This document shows, piece after piece, positions 11,008 through 24,419 of a DNA stretch of 64,000 nucleotides. This DNA is from Octopus sinensis (lineage: Eukaryota): the NCBI RefSeq assembly GCF_006345805.1, contig NC_042998.1, positions 151,962,001 through 152,026,000 on the forward strand. Reading direction: 5' to 3'. The stretch's first letter is position 1. Every line of letters begins with the position of its first letter. The position numbers and the translations under genes were made by a program. Below the pieces are notes generated by a model. That model made no database searches. It worked only from the letters and a program-made list of their open reading frames with translations, and had not been told where the DNA came from.

Positions 11008-12040
11008 CCTACCTAAATTTGTCTTTCTCTCTATTTCTTCCGTTTCTCGTCTACCCATTTCATTCACACCAACCTTTCTCTCTTTCTTTCTTTGTCTCTC
11101 TCCTATCTATCTGTCTATCTATCTATCTATCCATCTATCTACCTATCTGTCTATTTATCTGTCTCTCATATAGTTTACAGCTATACTGAATATGGTTAAT
11201 TAAAATTCAGTTAAAAATAATTAAATATTCTATTTTATAATATGTAAAGGGTATTTTCCACCATCTGCAGACGCGTTTCGAAATTATGAATACAAGATTA
11301 GAATTTTATTCGAAAATAGAAGTAAACCGTTAATTTCAAACTTCATTTCAGTTTAGCACACATTTCCCATATGAGAACACTCGCACTGGTTCGTATCTAA
11401 ACGCTATATCACCAATTATGCAGCTTTACAGTGAACTTGTACTTTTCCTGAAATCATCGACATTACGAATAGTTCACTAGGCACCAGTATTTCATCTTCC
11501 AACATTTTGTCACTCTACCATTCTCTCCACACTTCTACACGCCAGATTCTATTGAATCTTTCACCACCGACTTCTCTCTTCTGTTGCATGTTTCTCTTTT
11601 CATCAAGTAACAATATTAACAAAAACCTACTGAACATTGGTTAAAGGAAGACATGCACGCATGCTGAACAATCTCGACTGACATCTTAGACAAGAAAGAA
11701 ACAAAACCTATATAAATGTGTTTCTGAATGTGTGTGTGTGAGAGAGAGTGTGGCTGTGTGTACGTGTGTATGTGTGTGCGTGTGTGTGTGTGTGTGCGTG
11801 TCTGTATGTGTACACACACACATACATATAAACATAGATATCTGTGTATGTATGTATGTATCTATGTATGTATGCATGTATGTAAGCATGTATGTATACA
11901 CGTATGTATGCATGTATGTGTACGTGTGTGATTATGCAATTGTGTGCCTACATACACAAATACACATGTACACAAATATGTGCGTATCTGAGTACATATA
12001 CGTATGATTGTGTGCATGTGTAGATATAAATATATGTGTC

Positions 12041-12080
<40 letters not shown>

Positions 12081-12284
12081 AAATAGAAAGATGAATAATC
12101 TTGTAGTAGATTAATCAAAAGTTTAACCGATACCTTAGTAGCAAAAATCACAGCAGTAAACAGCACGGTTGGAGGTACAACCATATGGTGTTGCAACCGT
12201 GCGTTGGTGCGGATAATTGAAATTAAAACATTATTGGTGAATTGAAGAAATGGAGCTGAACGCAGATTGAACAGAAATCGTTTT

Positions 12285-12376
12285 ATTTCATTCTACACGT
12301 GTTTCGAAAGGCACAAATTACCAAAATCCGATTGAATAATGGGACCATATTGTGTCTTTCTCTTCAGGAAGAAAAT
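12285..12376 (-). ncRNA. Hammerhead ribozyme, antisense copy in the left inverted repeat
   Basis: Reverse complement of 13320-13411. Confidence 0.8.
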
Positions 12377-12731
12377 AGGAAATCCGTTGGAAAAACAAAA
12401 ACAGAACAGGCCTCATGTAGGGGCCTCATCCTCAAGATTGTCTTTGCGTGTCTCCAACCATTACGCAACTTTTCGGGAAATGAACAAGCGCCAGAACACG
12501 GGACTCAGTAAGCTAATATGGCGACTGAAGGATACGAACTTAAGCTACAGGCTGGAATGGTCAATTTTGTCGGTGGCCCTCCCATTTGATAGGGGCAGAA
12601 GGCAGTGCAACCTTTGTGTCTCCGAACTCTTCCATATTTTGTTTGCCAGAGGCCGGATGGTAAACGGGCTTTTACAGTCGGCTTTTCGATGCCCCCATTG
12701 GCGGCGCTACACTTATCTGGCTTTTAAATAG
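12339..12731 (+). pseudogene. C-terminal part of a PLE GIY-YIG endonuclease fused in frame to an ATG in the inverted repeat
   Basis: HVGASSSRLSLRVSNHYATF..TGLSKLIWRLK..CNLCVSELFHILF..RCPH; roughly half of the residues match the 6481 ORF C-terminus. Confidence 0.8.
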
Positions 12732-13319
12732 CGTTTATAAATAATACCGGCACCCATAGCCCTTGGTAACAAATTCTGAAATAGCCTTTAAGATATCTAC
12801 GATTAGCCACTGCAAGGGGAATTACTCCTGTAAGACAAACGGGGCTTGGTTTTTTCACAGCGGGGTGTTTCCTTGACAAGGCAGGCTTAGATGAACACAC
12901 ACACACATAAAACATAATATATATATTTTTTTTTTCTGCCACCCAACGGTTCTGACGGCAGTAGCCACTGACAGCCGAACGATCAAACGCACACACGTAC
13001 ACAAAAAATGTTTTCTACCCCTACGCCAACACACATATATAGAACAGTATACACACACACACACGTCTCTAAGTAGATTTTTTCTCGCCCCTTATAAAAC
13101 ATCCAATATTCCTTAAATAGTCAGAACTTTATTCTCGGTCACAAAGAACACCTACACACCCTCACCCACATGATTGACCGATGCCTGACCCGTTAAATTC
13201 TTCAGCCACCGGTTCTCAACATACACTGATAAACAGTTTCGCCATGGGCTCTTAGGAGCATAGTTCGATTTGTTTTTGCTCCGCCTCTGTTCTGTTTTTG
13301 TTTTTCCAACGGATTTCCT

Positions 13320-13411
13320 ATTTTCTTCCTGAAGAGAAAGACACAATATGGTCCCATTATTCAATCGGATTTTGGTAATTTGTGCCTTTCGAAACACGTG
13401 TAGAATGAAAT
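13320..13411 (+). ncRNA. Type I hammerhead ribozyme
   Basis: Stem I attttcttc/gaatgaaat, CTGAAGA 13329-13335, stem II gaaagacacaa/ttgtgcctttc, GAAA 13391-13394, palindromic CACGTG, GTA triplet 13400-13402. Confidence 0.82.
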
Positions 13412-13458
13412 AAAACGATTTCTGTTCAATCTGCGTTCAGCTCCATTTCTTCAATTCA

Positions 13459-13614
<156 letters not shown>

Positions 13615-13749
13615 TATTATGTGTGTGTGTGTGTGTACTCATTCGAACTCTTCTCTGTAGGCTTCCATAATAATATCTACACATTTTCAATTACCAATGA
13701 TAATCAGTATTCTTGTACTCACAAGCACGCACGTCCCCCCCCACACACA

Positions 13750-13784
<35 letters not shown>

Positions 13785-14089
13785 CATCAAAGGCACTCGA
13801 TGCTACCCAATGTGAATATGTAGAAAAACTTTTCAACTAAATTTCTAAATTTATAACACGCTTTTTATGTTGTGCTTTTTGTCTGTAATATATTTGCACA
13901 TATTTATATTGCAATACTGATACAGGTGAACTCTTCAAGGTTTCTATAATGTGTTAAGGATATTAGATTCTGTCTATTGGTGGTTTTTACTTTTATAGAT
14001 ATTCTTGATATACAACACATGAAGGAAAAACAATTCTAACAAGCCTAATAAAAATCTGTTTTATTCAGCAGGACCCTGTGCTCAACAAA

Positions 14090-15075
14090 ACTTTTTATTC
14101 TACTGACCAGTGGCCTCATGTCTATTTGGCCCAAAGCCTAAACATATAACACAACGCTGATCATGAGAGAAACATGAACTTGTCAGTTGAAGTCCAACGA
14201 TGCTTAGGGCCTGTCTGACCTTGTGACTTTTTGGTGGTCATAAATAAAAAAAACATTAACACTGGGTGGTGAAGACGCTAGAACTGCTATAGCATATCTC
14301 ACTTGATGAAAGAAAAGTGTGGAATGAAAGCCACATTTCATAATGGTGCTTTCATTCAAATGATTGTTGACAGCTAGTCTTATTCCGTTACAGAGTTTTA
14401 GTACATCCATATTCTGTAGCAGAATAGTGAGTGCTTCTGCTTTCAGTTGAGGAACAGCAACGGGCTGAAGAGAATTTAGTAACGCTTTAGATCATTAGCA
14501 ACATTGTTAATGTCACCTACAACCTCAACACTTCAAGTGACTTGCACTATCTGGATTGGGATGGTATTTGTTAAATGATGGTAGCATTGACATCCTATAC
14601 AAATATTTTGGGGAACCAGAATGGCACGTTCAGAGACTCATAGTTTCAATAATCTTTCAGTAGTATTTCTTACATATTTTTAATTATTGCACACGTCTAA
14701 TGTATTTAGGCTTTCTTCCCCTTTAATGTCAACTGGGAGCTGACCATTGAACTCCAGATAAAGTAGAACTTCTACAAATGGCATCTCTCTTATGCGCAAT
14801 TTTTTTATTCGCAATGAGATGAAGTTTTTCCTTTCGTCTCCAAATAAAAAGATACTTTGACTCAAATCGTACATAAATTTGACTATTATAAAACAAACTG
14901 CCCATCTATCAAAGTACTTGCCAGTAAGGTGAATATAAATTCGACTACTATAAAACCGACAATACCAAAAACAAATACAGTTCATATCCTGATGATGTGG
15001 CTGCGAAAGTTGGGAAATATTGACTATTGATCTAGTAACTGCATTGTTCCAAATTAATTTGCAGGAATATACCAA
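14090..15075 (-). mobile_element. Helitron PIF1-like helicase remnant (many stops and frameshifts)
   Basis: Across frames: FAATSSG, MPFVEVLLYLEFNGQLPV, LKAEALTILLQNMDVLKLCNGIRLAV, MTTKKSQGQT..IVGLQL..FSHDQ; these resemble the Helitron motifs LKVGAPIMLLRNLD..LCNGTRL and MTINKSQGQT..FSHGQLYV. Confidence 0.75.
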
Positions 15076-15157
15076 AAAATCTTAATAATAAAGATGAAAC
15101 TGAAACATAATAACGTTCTTAATAAAGTATACACATATACATATGAACAGTATACAT

Positions 15158-15570
15158 CAGGCACGTGCCGTCAGTATTTACTCAGGGTAGGCAGTTGGTA
15201 ACATCTATGTAGTAAAACGAGCAAAAAATATGTGAAACACAGGCGCGCGACTGATTTGGAGGCAGAATTACTTCTGCCTTTATAGTGCGTAAAGAAAACG
15301 TTGTTGTAGGAATATACACAGAACGTCTACTACAGCAGTGCTATGCTTAGTTTTAATATTGAAATTGAAAGAGAGGGGCGAATTATGCCTACCTAATCTA
15401 CAAAAAAAAAGTATTTTGCATTTTATACATAGTAATCAGAATAACCTTCATGATTTTATTGAATTAGGTGCATACTTTGCCATAAAAGGAAAATGGTACT
15501 ATCGGCCTATTTTATTCAGGGTAGCGGGGTAGGCACTGCCTAACTTGCTTACCCAGGCAGCACGTCCCTG
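15158..15570. mobile_element. Putative hAT-like MITE
   Basis: TIR CAGGCACGTGC / reverse complement CAGGGACGTGC, subterminal ggtaggcag on both sides, 8-bp flanks gtatacat / gtatgtat (6/8). Confidence 0.45.
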
Positions 15571-15630
15571 GTATGTATGTATGTATGTATGTATGTATGT
15601 ATGTATGTATTTTGATTTTGATTTTGATTT

Positions 15631-15674
15631 TTCCAGTTTCAGCTAATGAGCTGTGGCCATGCTGGGGCACCGCC
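15631..15674 (-). mobile_element. SINE 3' tail fragment
   Basis: Reverse complement ggcggtgccccagcatggccacagc matches the 8330-8360 motif. Confidence 0.55.
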
Positions 15675-15696
15675 ATTTTATGTATGTATATATATA

Positions 15697-15752
<56 letters not shown>

Positions 15753-15768
15753 TATATATATATATATA

Positions 15769-16488
15769 CTAGCATTACAGACCCGTCGTTGCCGGGTCAT
15801 AGTGCTAGTGCATGTATATATGTGTATATATATGTGTACATATTACATGTACATCTATATACATCTACACATAAAATGCAAAATACAAAGTTATATCTTG
15901 ATATCGCTAGTGATAACAATACTCAAGATATATAACAGACTGGAATTGTTAGCTCTTCTTTTTTCTCTACATTGTATACTTTATAGACAATAGTCTTTTC
16001 TTTAACTTAATTTTTTATTATCCATCTGGACTATTCCATTTCTGCAGGCTAATTTTATTTTTAATTTATTGCCATTCATGTGAAACCACTTTTTCAAGTT
16101 CAAGTCATTGATGCAATTTTATACAAATTGCTATTTTTACTTTTGTTATGTTACGATTATATTATACTTTAGTTTGATTTTAATTATTACTTACTACATA
16201 TAATTCAATTGTTATTTTTATTTTTATTGTTAAAGTGAAAGCATCTGACATAAAATAGAGAAATATTTTTGTTTCAATTTTAACACGTAATACTGAAATA
16301 GTGGAGAAGATATGATATTGCTATGGGCTCGCTCTAGGCAAGAAGCTGAACATTTTTTGCCCATGAAACTACATGGACCCTAAGTAAGGCATGTGTAAAA
16401 TTTGAATGAAATTGGTAGTGTAGTTCTCAAGTTTTAGGGAAACACACAGACAGACAGACACACATTCTCAGTTTTATATATATAAAGA
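15769..16488 (-). mobile_element. Complete non-autonomous Helitron (720 bp)
   Basis: Minus strand starts A|TC at 16488 and ends CTAG|T at 15769; GC hairpin gacccg-N7-cgggtc at 15780-15798; (GTCT)n near the 5' end. Confidence 0.75.
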
Positions 16489-16584
16489 TATATATATTCA
16501 TATATTCATAGTGATCTGTTTATAGGCACGCATACATATATACATGCATAGACATATATATATATGCATTTGTGTACATACATG

Positions 16585-16660
<76 letters not shown>

Positions 16661-17457
16661 CATATATATATATACATATATACATATATATATGTCAATA
16701 TAGACACATGTATATATATGTATATTTGTATATATATATATTATATTATAGTTTCATATATATATATATATTCATGTATATTCTTATATATTCGCACATG
16801 TACATGAATATATATTTACATACGCATATATATCTACACGTATCTTTATCTGTATATACGTCTTAACATACTTATATACATACGTTCACACAAACACCTA
16901 CAAACATATTCATACTGATACACACCTTCATGCACGCACACAAACACACACACGCACACACATACACGCATGTATGCACATATATTCATGCATTCCTACG
17001 TACACATATACACACGCTAGGCAAATCTACATACATACAACTACTGTGATAAATAAAATTGGATAGGATCGGAAGAGGAAAAACAGATCAACAGATAAAC
17101 AAATCGGTATCCTGATCGATCGATCGATATAGAGATATAGATAGAGATTTGATAAATTGGTTTATTGTTAGATACAGAGATAAAGAAAAAGAGAAAAGAG
17201 GGAAGGAAGCTGTGGAAGAAGAATACAAAAAGAGTGGGTAGCTGAAATCGACAGAGAAACTGAACGAAGAAAGGAAGAAAGAAAACTAAAAAGAGGAGCA
17301 GAGTGAGTTAGAATAGGAGAGACAGATGCATGGGAGAAAGGGAGAGAAAGAGAAAGAGAATGACACATACAAGCACATACACGCACACGCACACGTATAT
17401 GCACACACATATGTACACACATATATATATACATGTATGTATATATATATATACATG

Positions 17458-17507
<50 letters not shown>

Positions 17508-17747
17508 CATATATATATGTATGTATATATATATGTATATATGTATATATATATATATTATATATATTATATATGTATATAATTATTTGTATGCATATAT
17601 GTATGCATATACATGCCTATATGTATATGTATCTGTCAATATATGCATATGTATATATGCGTATGTGTGTGTATATGTATGCATGTATGTATGTATGTAT
17701 GTATGTATGTATGTATGTATGTGTGTGTATGTATGTATGTATGTATG

Positions 17748-17778
<31 letters not shown>

Positions 17779-18288
17779 TTTGTTCGAGATGGATGTTGGT
17801 GGATGTAGTGGAAAAGGAGGGAATTTTTTATACAATCGGAAGTCAGTAGAGCAGAACGTAGATAAACAAAATTCGGTTAAACGGAAGGCAGTGAAGCGGA
17901 AATGAATCCGAACGGAAGTGGATGTGTGAGCAGATGTTAGCTTAGTGTATGGGTAGGTTATAAGGCGGAGTTGGTGAAGGAAGAGAGAGAAAGAGAGAAT
18001 GATGAAGATGAGATGTTGCAGTCGCTGTGATTGGTGAGATGAGAGAAGTTTTAGGAAGTACGTGAGAAAAACTAACAGAGAGAGAAGTAGAGAGAGAGAG
18101 AGAGTGGGAGAGAGGGAGATGGAGCGAGAGAGAGGGAGAGGGGGAGAGGGATAGACGATGAGGAGCAAGTCAAGGGCTAAATGAACGAGAGAAAATTATG
18201 AAAGGGAGTAGTAAGTGTTAAACATAGAATTGCTAAAATGGCAGTAAGAATGGGTTATAAAGGGAGAGAATAACTAATAGAAACTGAC

Positions 18289-18320
<32 letters not shown>

Positions 18321-18941
18321 TGAAAGAGATAATGGCTGCAAAAGATAGGGAGAAAGAAATGCTTAGAGCGAGAGATGAGGGAGAAAGAGAGAGAGAGAGT
18401 ATTAATGGGTAAAAGGGAGACGAAGAAAAGATTAAGCGAGCAGCATATGCTGTCATAAGGAGTAACAAAAAGAATATGACAAGGAGAGACAGGCAGACAT
18501 AGAGAATGACTAAGAATAAGAGTGATTAACTCAGAAAGAGGAGAGAGAGAGAGAGCAGAATGAGAGAGAAAATAGCAGGAAAAGAGAACAACAAAGTCGG
18601 ATGTGACGATGAAAGGAAAATGGATCAGCACGGGAATTATTAGCGAAGAGAGTTAGAGAAGTTATATAGTCGCATGTGTAATATTAATGTGTGAGAAATG
18701 TTATCTCTGCAACTAGTAAAAAAAAATTCCTTCAAAAGGAGTTTAAAATATTAAAACAATAAACAAAGGTGACAGTTCCAATATTATGAGGTGAGCAACA
18801 TGTCTAAAATAGGTTTGTGATGGAAATAAGAATGAGATCTTGCTTTTGTTATTAAAGTATCCAGATGAAAGTGACGAGTATGTTTCATTCTTGTTAAACT
18901 TCCGCAGAATACATATTCCGCTTCTTTAACAAAGCCTGACT

Positions 18942-19076
<135 letters not shown>

Positions 19077-19444
19077 TAGCCCTTTTGCGCTTGACTGTGG
19101 TCACTGCCACGTCGATATTCCTTCCTCAGCCGTAAGGCTTAATTTCCATACACGCCAGCTTATTTCAATTTGTTCCCAGTCGAAAGACGCCTGTTGTTAT
19201 TATTATTGTTTTTTTTTTGTATTTTATTTTATATATTATAAATATATAAAATATATGTTAAAGACGATAACATGGTGAACCAGGTCAGTTTAAGCTACCC
19301 TACTACTAAAATGTAAACTTTTTTGAACTTATAATATTCTGTGTGTGTATATATATACAGATACAATACCAATATTCCATTGAACTTTTTAATAATTCCT
19401 TCTGGAAACTATCTTTAACATTTTCTTGAGAATGTATATATATA

Positions 19445-20737
19445 CGAGGGGCGTTCATTAAGTAATGCCTCTGACCCAGTTGCAGTTGTTTAATCTAGCT
19501 GAAAGATTGCATGTGCAATTATTTATATCTCTATAGATTAAGTGGAAAATTACAGCTCTGAACTAATTGTGGTTTCTGATTTACAGGTGTTTGAACTGAG
19601 TCAAGTGTGAAATGGAGCCTGTTGAGTGTCAAGCAGTAATCCGGTTTTTGTATTTGAAAGGACGCACACCACGGGAGGCTTTTGATGAAATGAAAGTAAC
19701 TTATGGTGATGATGCCCCATCATATGACCTTATAAAACGCTGGCATCGTGAATTCAAACATGGTCGGAACTCTGTGGAAACAGCTCCCAGATCTGGTCGT
19801 CCCCCTACTGCCATTGATGAGGCATCTGTCCGTCAAGTTGAGGCTGCCATTTTGGAAGATCGACGCATAACTATTCGCCAAATAGCCCATGAGGTCAAGA
19901 TTAGTACCGGGTCTGTGGAAACTATCATTCATGACCATTTGCATATGCAAAAGGTGTCTGCCAGATGAATTCCCAGGTTGCTCACACCTTTCCAGAAGCA
20001 AGAACGCGTCGAGTGCTCGAGGATGAATTTGGAGATGTGCCAAGAAGATGAGTCAAAATTTTTCAAAAGACTGATTACACAGGATGAAACCTGGGTCCAT
20101 CACTATGATCCAGAGACCAAAGCCCAGTCAATGCAGTGGAAGCACCGTGACTCACCTCCTCCAAAGAAGGCAAGGGTGCAACTCTCCGCTGGCAAGGTCA
20201 TGCTCACAGTCTTCTGGGACCAGGACGGAGTAGTGATGACAGATTTCCTGGCAAAGGGTACCACAATTACAGGAGCCTATTATGCTTCACTTTTGAGGAA
20301 ATTAAGAGAAGCTATCAAAATCAAGAGGTGGGGCAAGATCAGCAAAGGCATCCTCCTCTTGCAGGACAACGCTCCGGTCCACAACTCGCGTGTCGCCAGA
20401 TCAGAAGCACAGGCGTGCGGCTATGAACTCCTCCCCCATCCCCCCTACTCTCCTGACCTTGCACCCTCTGATTTTCACCTCTTCCCAGCCATGAAGTTGT
20501 TTTTGAAAGGAAAGCGTTTCCCAGATGATGCAGCCTTGATTTCTGAAGTCACGTCGTGGTTGGAGGACCAAGCTGGGGTCTTCTACAAAAACGGTCTCCA
20601 GAGCTGCATCAAACGATGGGAGAAATGCATAACTCTGGGTGGTTCCTATGTAGAAAAAGACTAATAACTGTGCCAAGTTTCGTTGCTCTACTGTTATGGG
20701 AAGTGGGTCAGGGGCATTACTTATTGAACGCCCCTCG
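19445..20737 (+). mobile_element. Full-length mariner (DD34D) transposon, 1293 bp
   Basis: 34-bp TIRs cgaggggcgttcattaagtaatgcctctgaccca (2 mismatches), TA target duplication on both sides. Confidence 0.95.
19612..20664 (+). pseudogene. Mariner transposase with one premature TGA (19966-19968)
   Basis: ORFs 19612-19968 and 19978-20664 share a frame; SAR*IPRLL, TQDETW, LQDNAP, YSPDLAPSD with 34 residues between the last two D. Confidence 0.92.
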
Positions 20738-20752
20738 TATATATGTTGTAAT

Positions 20753-21061
20753 CTTTTGTGCCCAATGTTTTAATGAACTTGTTAAACTTTTTTATATTTT
20801 CCCAAGATTTTCCCTTGTAAGCTGTTCTTAACATGTTCTTATTATCAAGGAATGTATATGTATGTTGTAATATTTTGTGACAACCAGTACCTGGCACAAC
20901 CAAGCTTTTGTGCCCAATATTTTGATGAACTTGTGAAACTTTTTTATATTTTCCCAAGATTTTCCCTTCTAAAGTGTCCTTAACATGTTCTTGTTATCAA
21001 AGAATGTATATATGTATTGTAGTATTTTGTAACAACCAGTAACTAACACAACAAAGCTTTT
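20753..21061. repeat. ~152-bp tandem repeat, two copies plus a degenerate copy split by the mariner
   Basis: cttttgtgcccaat at 20753 and 20905 with colinear similarity; similar sequence at 19380-19444. Confidence 0.8.
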
Positions 21062-21134
21062 ACATGTTACTTTTGACAATCTTTTTCTAAAAAAGTGAAA
21101 CTGGTAAAGTAAATAAACATCTTCTAAAATTGCA

Positions 21135-21203
<69 letters not shown>

Positions 21204-21347
21204 GCATAACGACCCTTTATCAGTTGTCGGCTGTCCATCTACTCATTTCGAGCTTTGAACGACAATGTTCTCTCGCTTTCTCTCTCATCCTTTCTCTAAT
21301 TCCTTTTTCTCCTCTTCACCGTTTTCATTCTATCTCTCTCTTTCCCC

Positions 21348-21453
<106 letters not shown>

Positions 21454-21479
21454 GCTTATATGGAGACAGGACATCACAA

Positions 21480-21700
21480 ACCGTAAACAACATGAAATAC
21501 GAAAACAAAAGAGCTAAATACATAAACAACGAGAGAAACAAATGGAAAACAAGACAGTAACATAAAATCCATGCCTCATTTGAATGGATCGAATAAATGT
21601 AGACTTTGTTTGGGCTGAAAGAACGCAGATCCTGTTCAGATCTAAGATCCCTAACTCTCCAAGTAAATCCATGTCAGAAATTTTCAGAGGTTGCATGCAT
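21480..21700 (+). mobile_element. PLE GIY-YIG C-terminal remnant
   Basis: With one frameshift reads NGSNKCRLCL(A)ERTQILF..SEIFRGCMH, the same CxxC..E..I...CxH pattern as the 6481 ORF. Confidence 0.5.
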
Positions 21701-22519
21701 ATATATAAATATATTTTGAAGAATCGGAAAATTCCACCTATTCCTCACTGACTTGAGGAGAATGGAGACACAGACAGAAAGTTGAAGAGAGAGAGAGAGA
21801 AAGGGAGAGAATGATATCAGAGAGAAAGAATGAGAATATGAGAGAAAAAATGACGTAAGATTAAATGGAAATCACTTTCCTCCTGTGTGTATGTGTGTGT
21901 TCATGTGTTCCTGGATGTATGTATGTATGTGTGTTTGTGTGTAAGTGAGTGTGTTCATGTTGTATATGTGTGTGTTTGTGTGTATGTTTGTATTTTTGTA
22001 TATATTTTCATGGTTAAGTGATATAGAGTGAAAAAGAAAAAGAAAAGTAAAAAGAAGCGGAAGAGAAAGAAAAAATAGAAATAACAAGATAAAAAGAGAC
22101 TGAAGACTGAGTGGAAGGGAGAGAGAGGGAGAGAGAGAGTAAAACAAAGAGACAGCGAGAAGTATAGATCAAAGGATCTAGTGTGTGTGAGTGAGTGAGA
22201 GAGAGACAAATAGAGAGGAGAAAGGGAAGGAAGAGATGTTTCTAGTAAAATAATTACGAAGGGAATCTGAAGTTTGATTCAATATCTCCACTGTGTGACG
22301 ACATTGCATCATCATATTTCACTGATAAAGAGATGATGGCACTGGTGGAACAGGCATCAGTGATGACGGTAGCGGCGGTGGTAGCGGTGGTGGTGGCAGC
22401 GATTGTGATGGTGGCAGCGGCGGCGATGGTGGTGTTAACAGTGGCGGTATAATGAGCTGATTTATATGTTATCAATCCCAAGAGCACTTGCGATGTAAGG
22501 TCGTCAAGTGAAATGGTTA

Positions 22520-23720
22520 CGAGGCTCGGCTGAAAAGTTCATAGGCTAACCGAGATACTTTCAGGGAATGTTACCAAATGATGTTTATTTTTCAACGTAG
22601 TCCTTCTTCCGGGCCACACTTCTTCCATCAGTGTTGCAGTTCTTGGAACTCATTGGTGAAAAATCTTTCATCCTGTTGCTCAAAATAATCATCAGCAGTA
22701 GATGTGAGGTCATCATCATTGTGATATCGGTTCCCAGCCAAGTGTTTTGTCATGTTAGGGAACATATAATAGCCAGGTGTGCTAATTAAGGAGAAGAGGG
22801 AGGATGATCAACCAGTTCAAAGCCACAGTCACGTACAGTAGCCATTGAGACCAAGGAGGTTGTCCTGATGAAACATGACCTCTTTCGGCAGTTTTACTGG
22901 GCATTTGGTCTTGATAGCCTTTCGTAAATACCTCAGCAAGTTGGCAGAGTACTCTCTTTTGATGGCGTGGCCCTTTTGAAGGTAGTCAATGAAACAATAC
23001 CTTTTGCATCCCATAAAACTGAGGCCATCACCATCCCTGCCGATGAAGCGATTTTGACCTTCTTTAGAGCAGGAGAGAAAGGGTGTTTCCACTGTTTGGA
23101 TTGTCACTTTGTCCCTGGCTCAAGGTAATGAACCCCACAATAATCCTGACTTAGGAAACGTTCAAAGAAATCAGCTTGATCTGCTTCAAACAGTGTCAGA
23201 TTTTACCGTGATATGATCAACCTAGTGTGCTTTTGATCAAGTTTCAGATGTGGCACCCACCATGTAGAGATCTTCGTCATTCCAGGTTCATTGTGCAGCA
23301 TTTCTCAACTCTTTCACAGGATTTATAATCAATTACCTGCCATCCATCACCATGTGGTGAATACGATCACTGTTTTCTTCGGTAGTGGCGGCTGCAGGAT
23401 GTCCAGACCTTGGGTCATCTTTAAGCCTTTCCCTTCTCTTAAATTTAACTGCATACTTTTGCACTGTTGATAGATCTACAGCGTCATCCCCTAAGGTAGC
23501 AACCATGTCAGAATAAATGCCTTCGACGGTTAAACGCCTTTTGTGCAGGTACTTGATAACACGTCGATGCCAAATTTTGGCCATTTTCAAGAAAAGTCGT
23601 AACTAGCTACTTTTGAGATCTTTGAACAGTCAGATGTCAATTTATCCGGAAGCAATACAATTATTGATAGGAAAAGTTGAGTCTAATGCACGCAAGATTT
23701 CACAGCACTAGCATCACTCC
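22520..23720 (-). mobile_element. Older mariner remnant
   Basis: TA|cgaggctcggctgaaaagttcataggc TIR at 22520; IKYLHKR..VATLGDDA..DDPRSGHP HTH and IDYLQKG..MFHQDN catalytic fragments; second TIR not found. Confidence 0.8.
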
Positions 23721-24419
23721 TTCCTGCCTGAACCACCCGTCATTCTTCGGCGATCCCACTTCTCTCTGTATTTCGGACTTGGTTTCAGCAAAAGTGACCC
23801 TGCTCCCTTCCGAGTTCTCCTGCAGATATCGCTCTTGCAGGCGTTCCTTTTTGTCTAGTAGCTTCTGGAACTCCTCTCCGTGCCTCCATAACTAATCAGG
23901 TGTTTTACACTGAGAGGGCCCTGGGTCCCCTTAGCAGCGGAGAAGGCTGCCTTTTTTAACGTCTATCAATGGTCCGCAATGCCATCAAGTCCATCTGAGC
24001 TGACTGCCGTACCATCGACTTCAATCTTGATGGAAGTGGTCAATCTCCGACAGTGTTCCGCATTCGCTAGCTTACTGATGGGAAATTTCTCTGGCTTTGT
24101 GCTGGTTGGGATCTTTCTCCAGGGAAGAGTGGGTCCCTCATCATCTAACTGCTTCTCAGCGTAATCAAAGAGTTGCCCTCTGCTCGTCATTGAAGAGTAG
24201 ACTTGCTACCGAGCCCTACCTGAGTAACGCATCCAACAAAACCGACAAACGACAATAGTCAGCGCTTAGTGAAAAGAAGAACCATTCAGAAGCTAGAATC
24301 ACACACCCCCAAAGTTAGGCTTATGTTTTCTAGGATATGACAGGTGTTGTTAAACAAAAATAAAACAACCAAAGCAAAGAAATGTTGTCTTCAGTTGGAA
24401 GCACTATCCAAAAATTCAA

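Noticed and set aside
17830-17925. Four CGGAA (ETS-like) motifs suggesting a promoter
   Set aside because: No CpG island, start site or downstream exon evidence; compatible with chance or a decayed repeat
20753-21061. CRISPR-like array
   Set aside because: Whole ~152-bp units are repeated with no unique spacers; eukaryotic context and no cas genes
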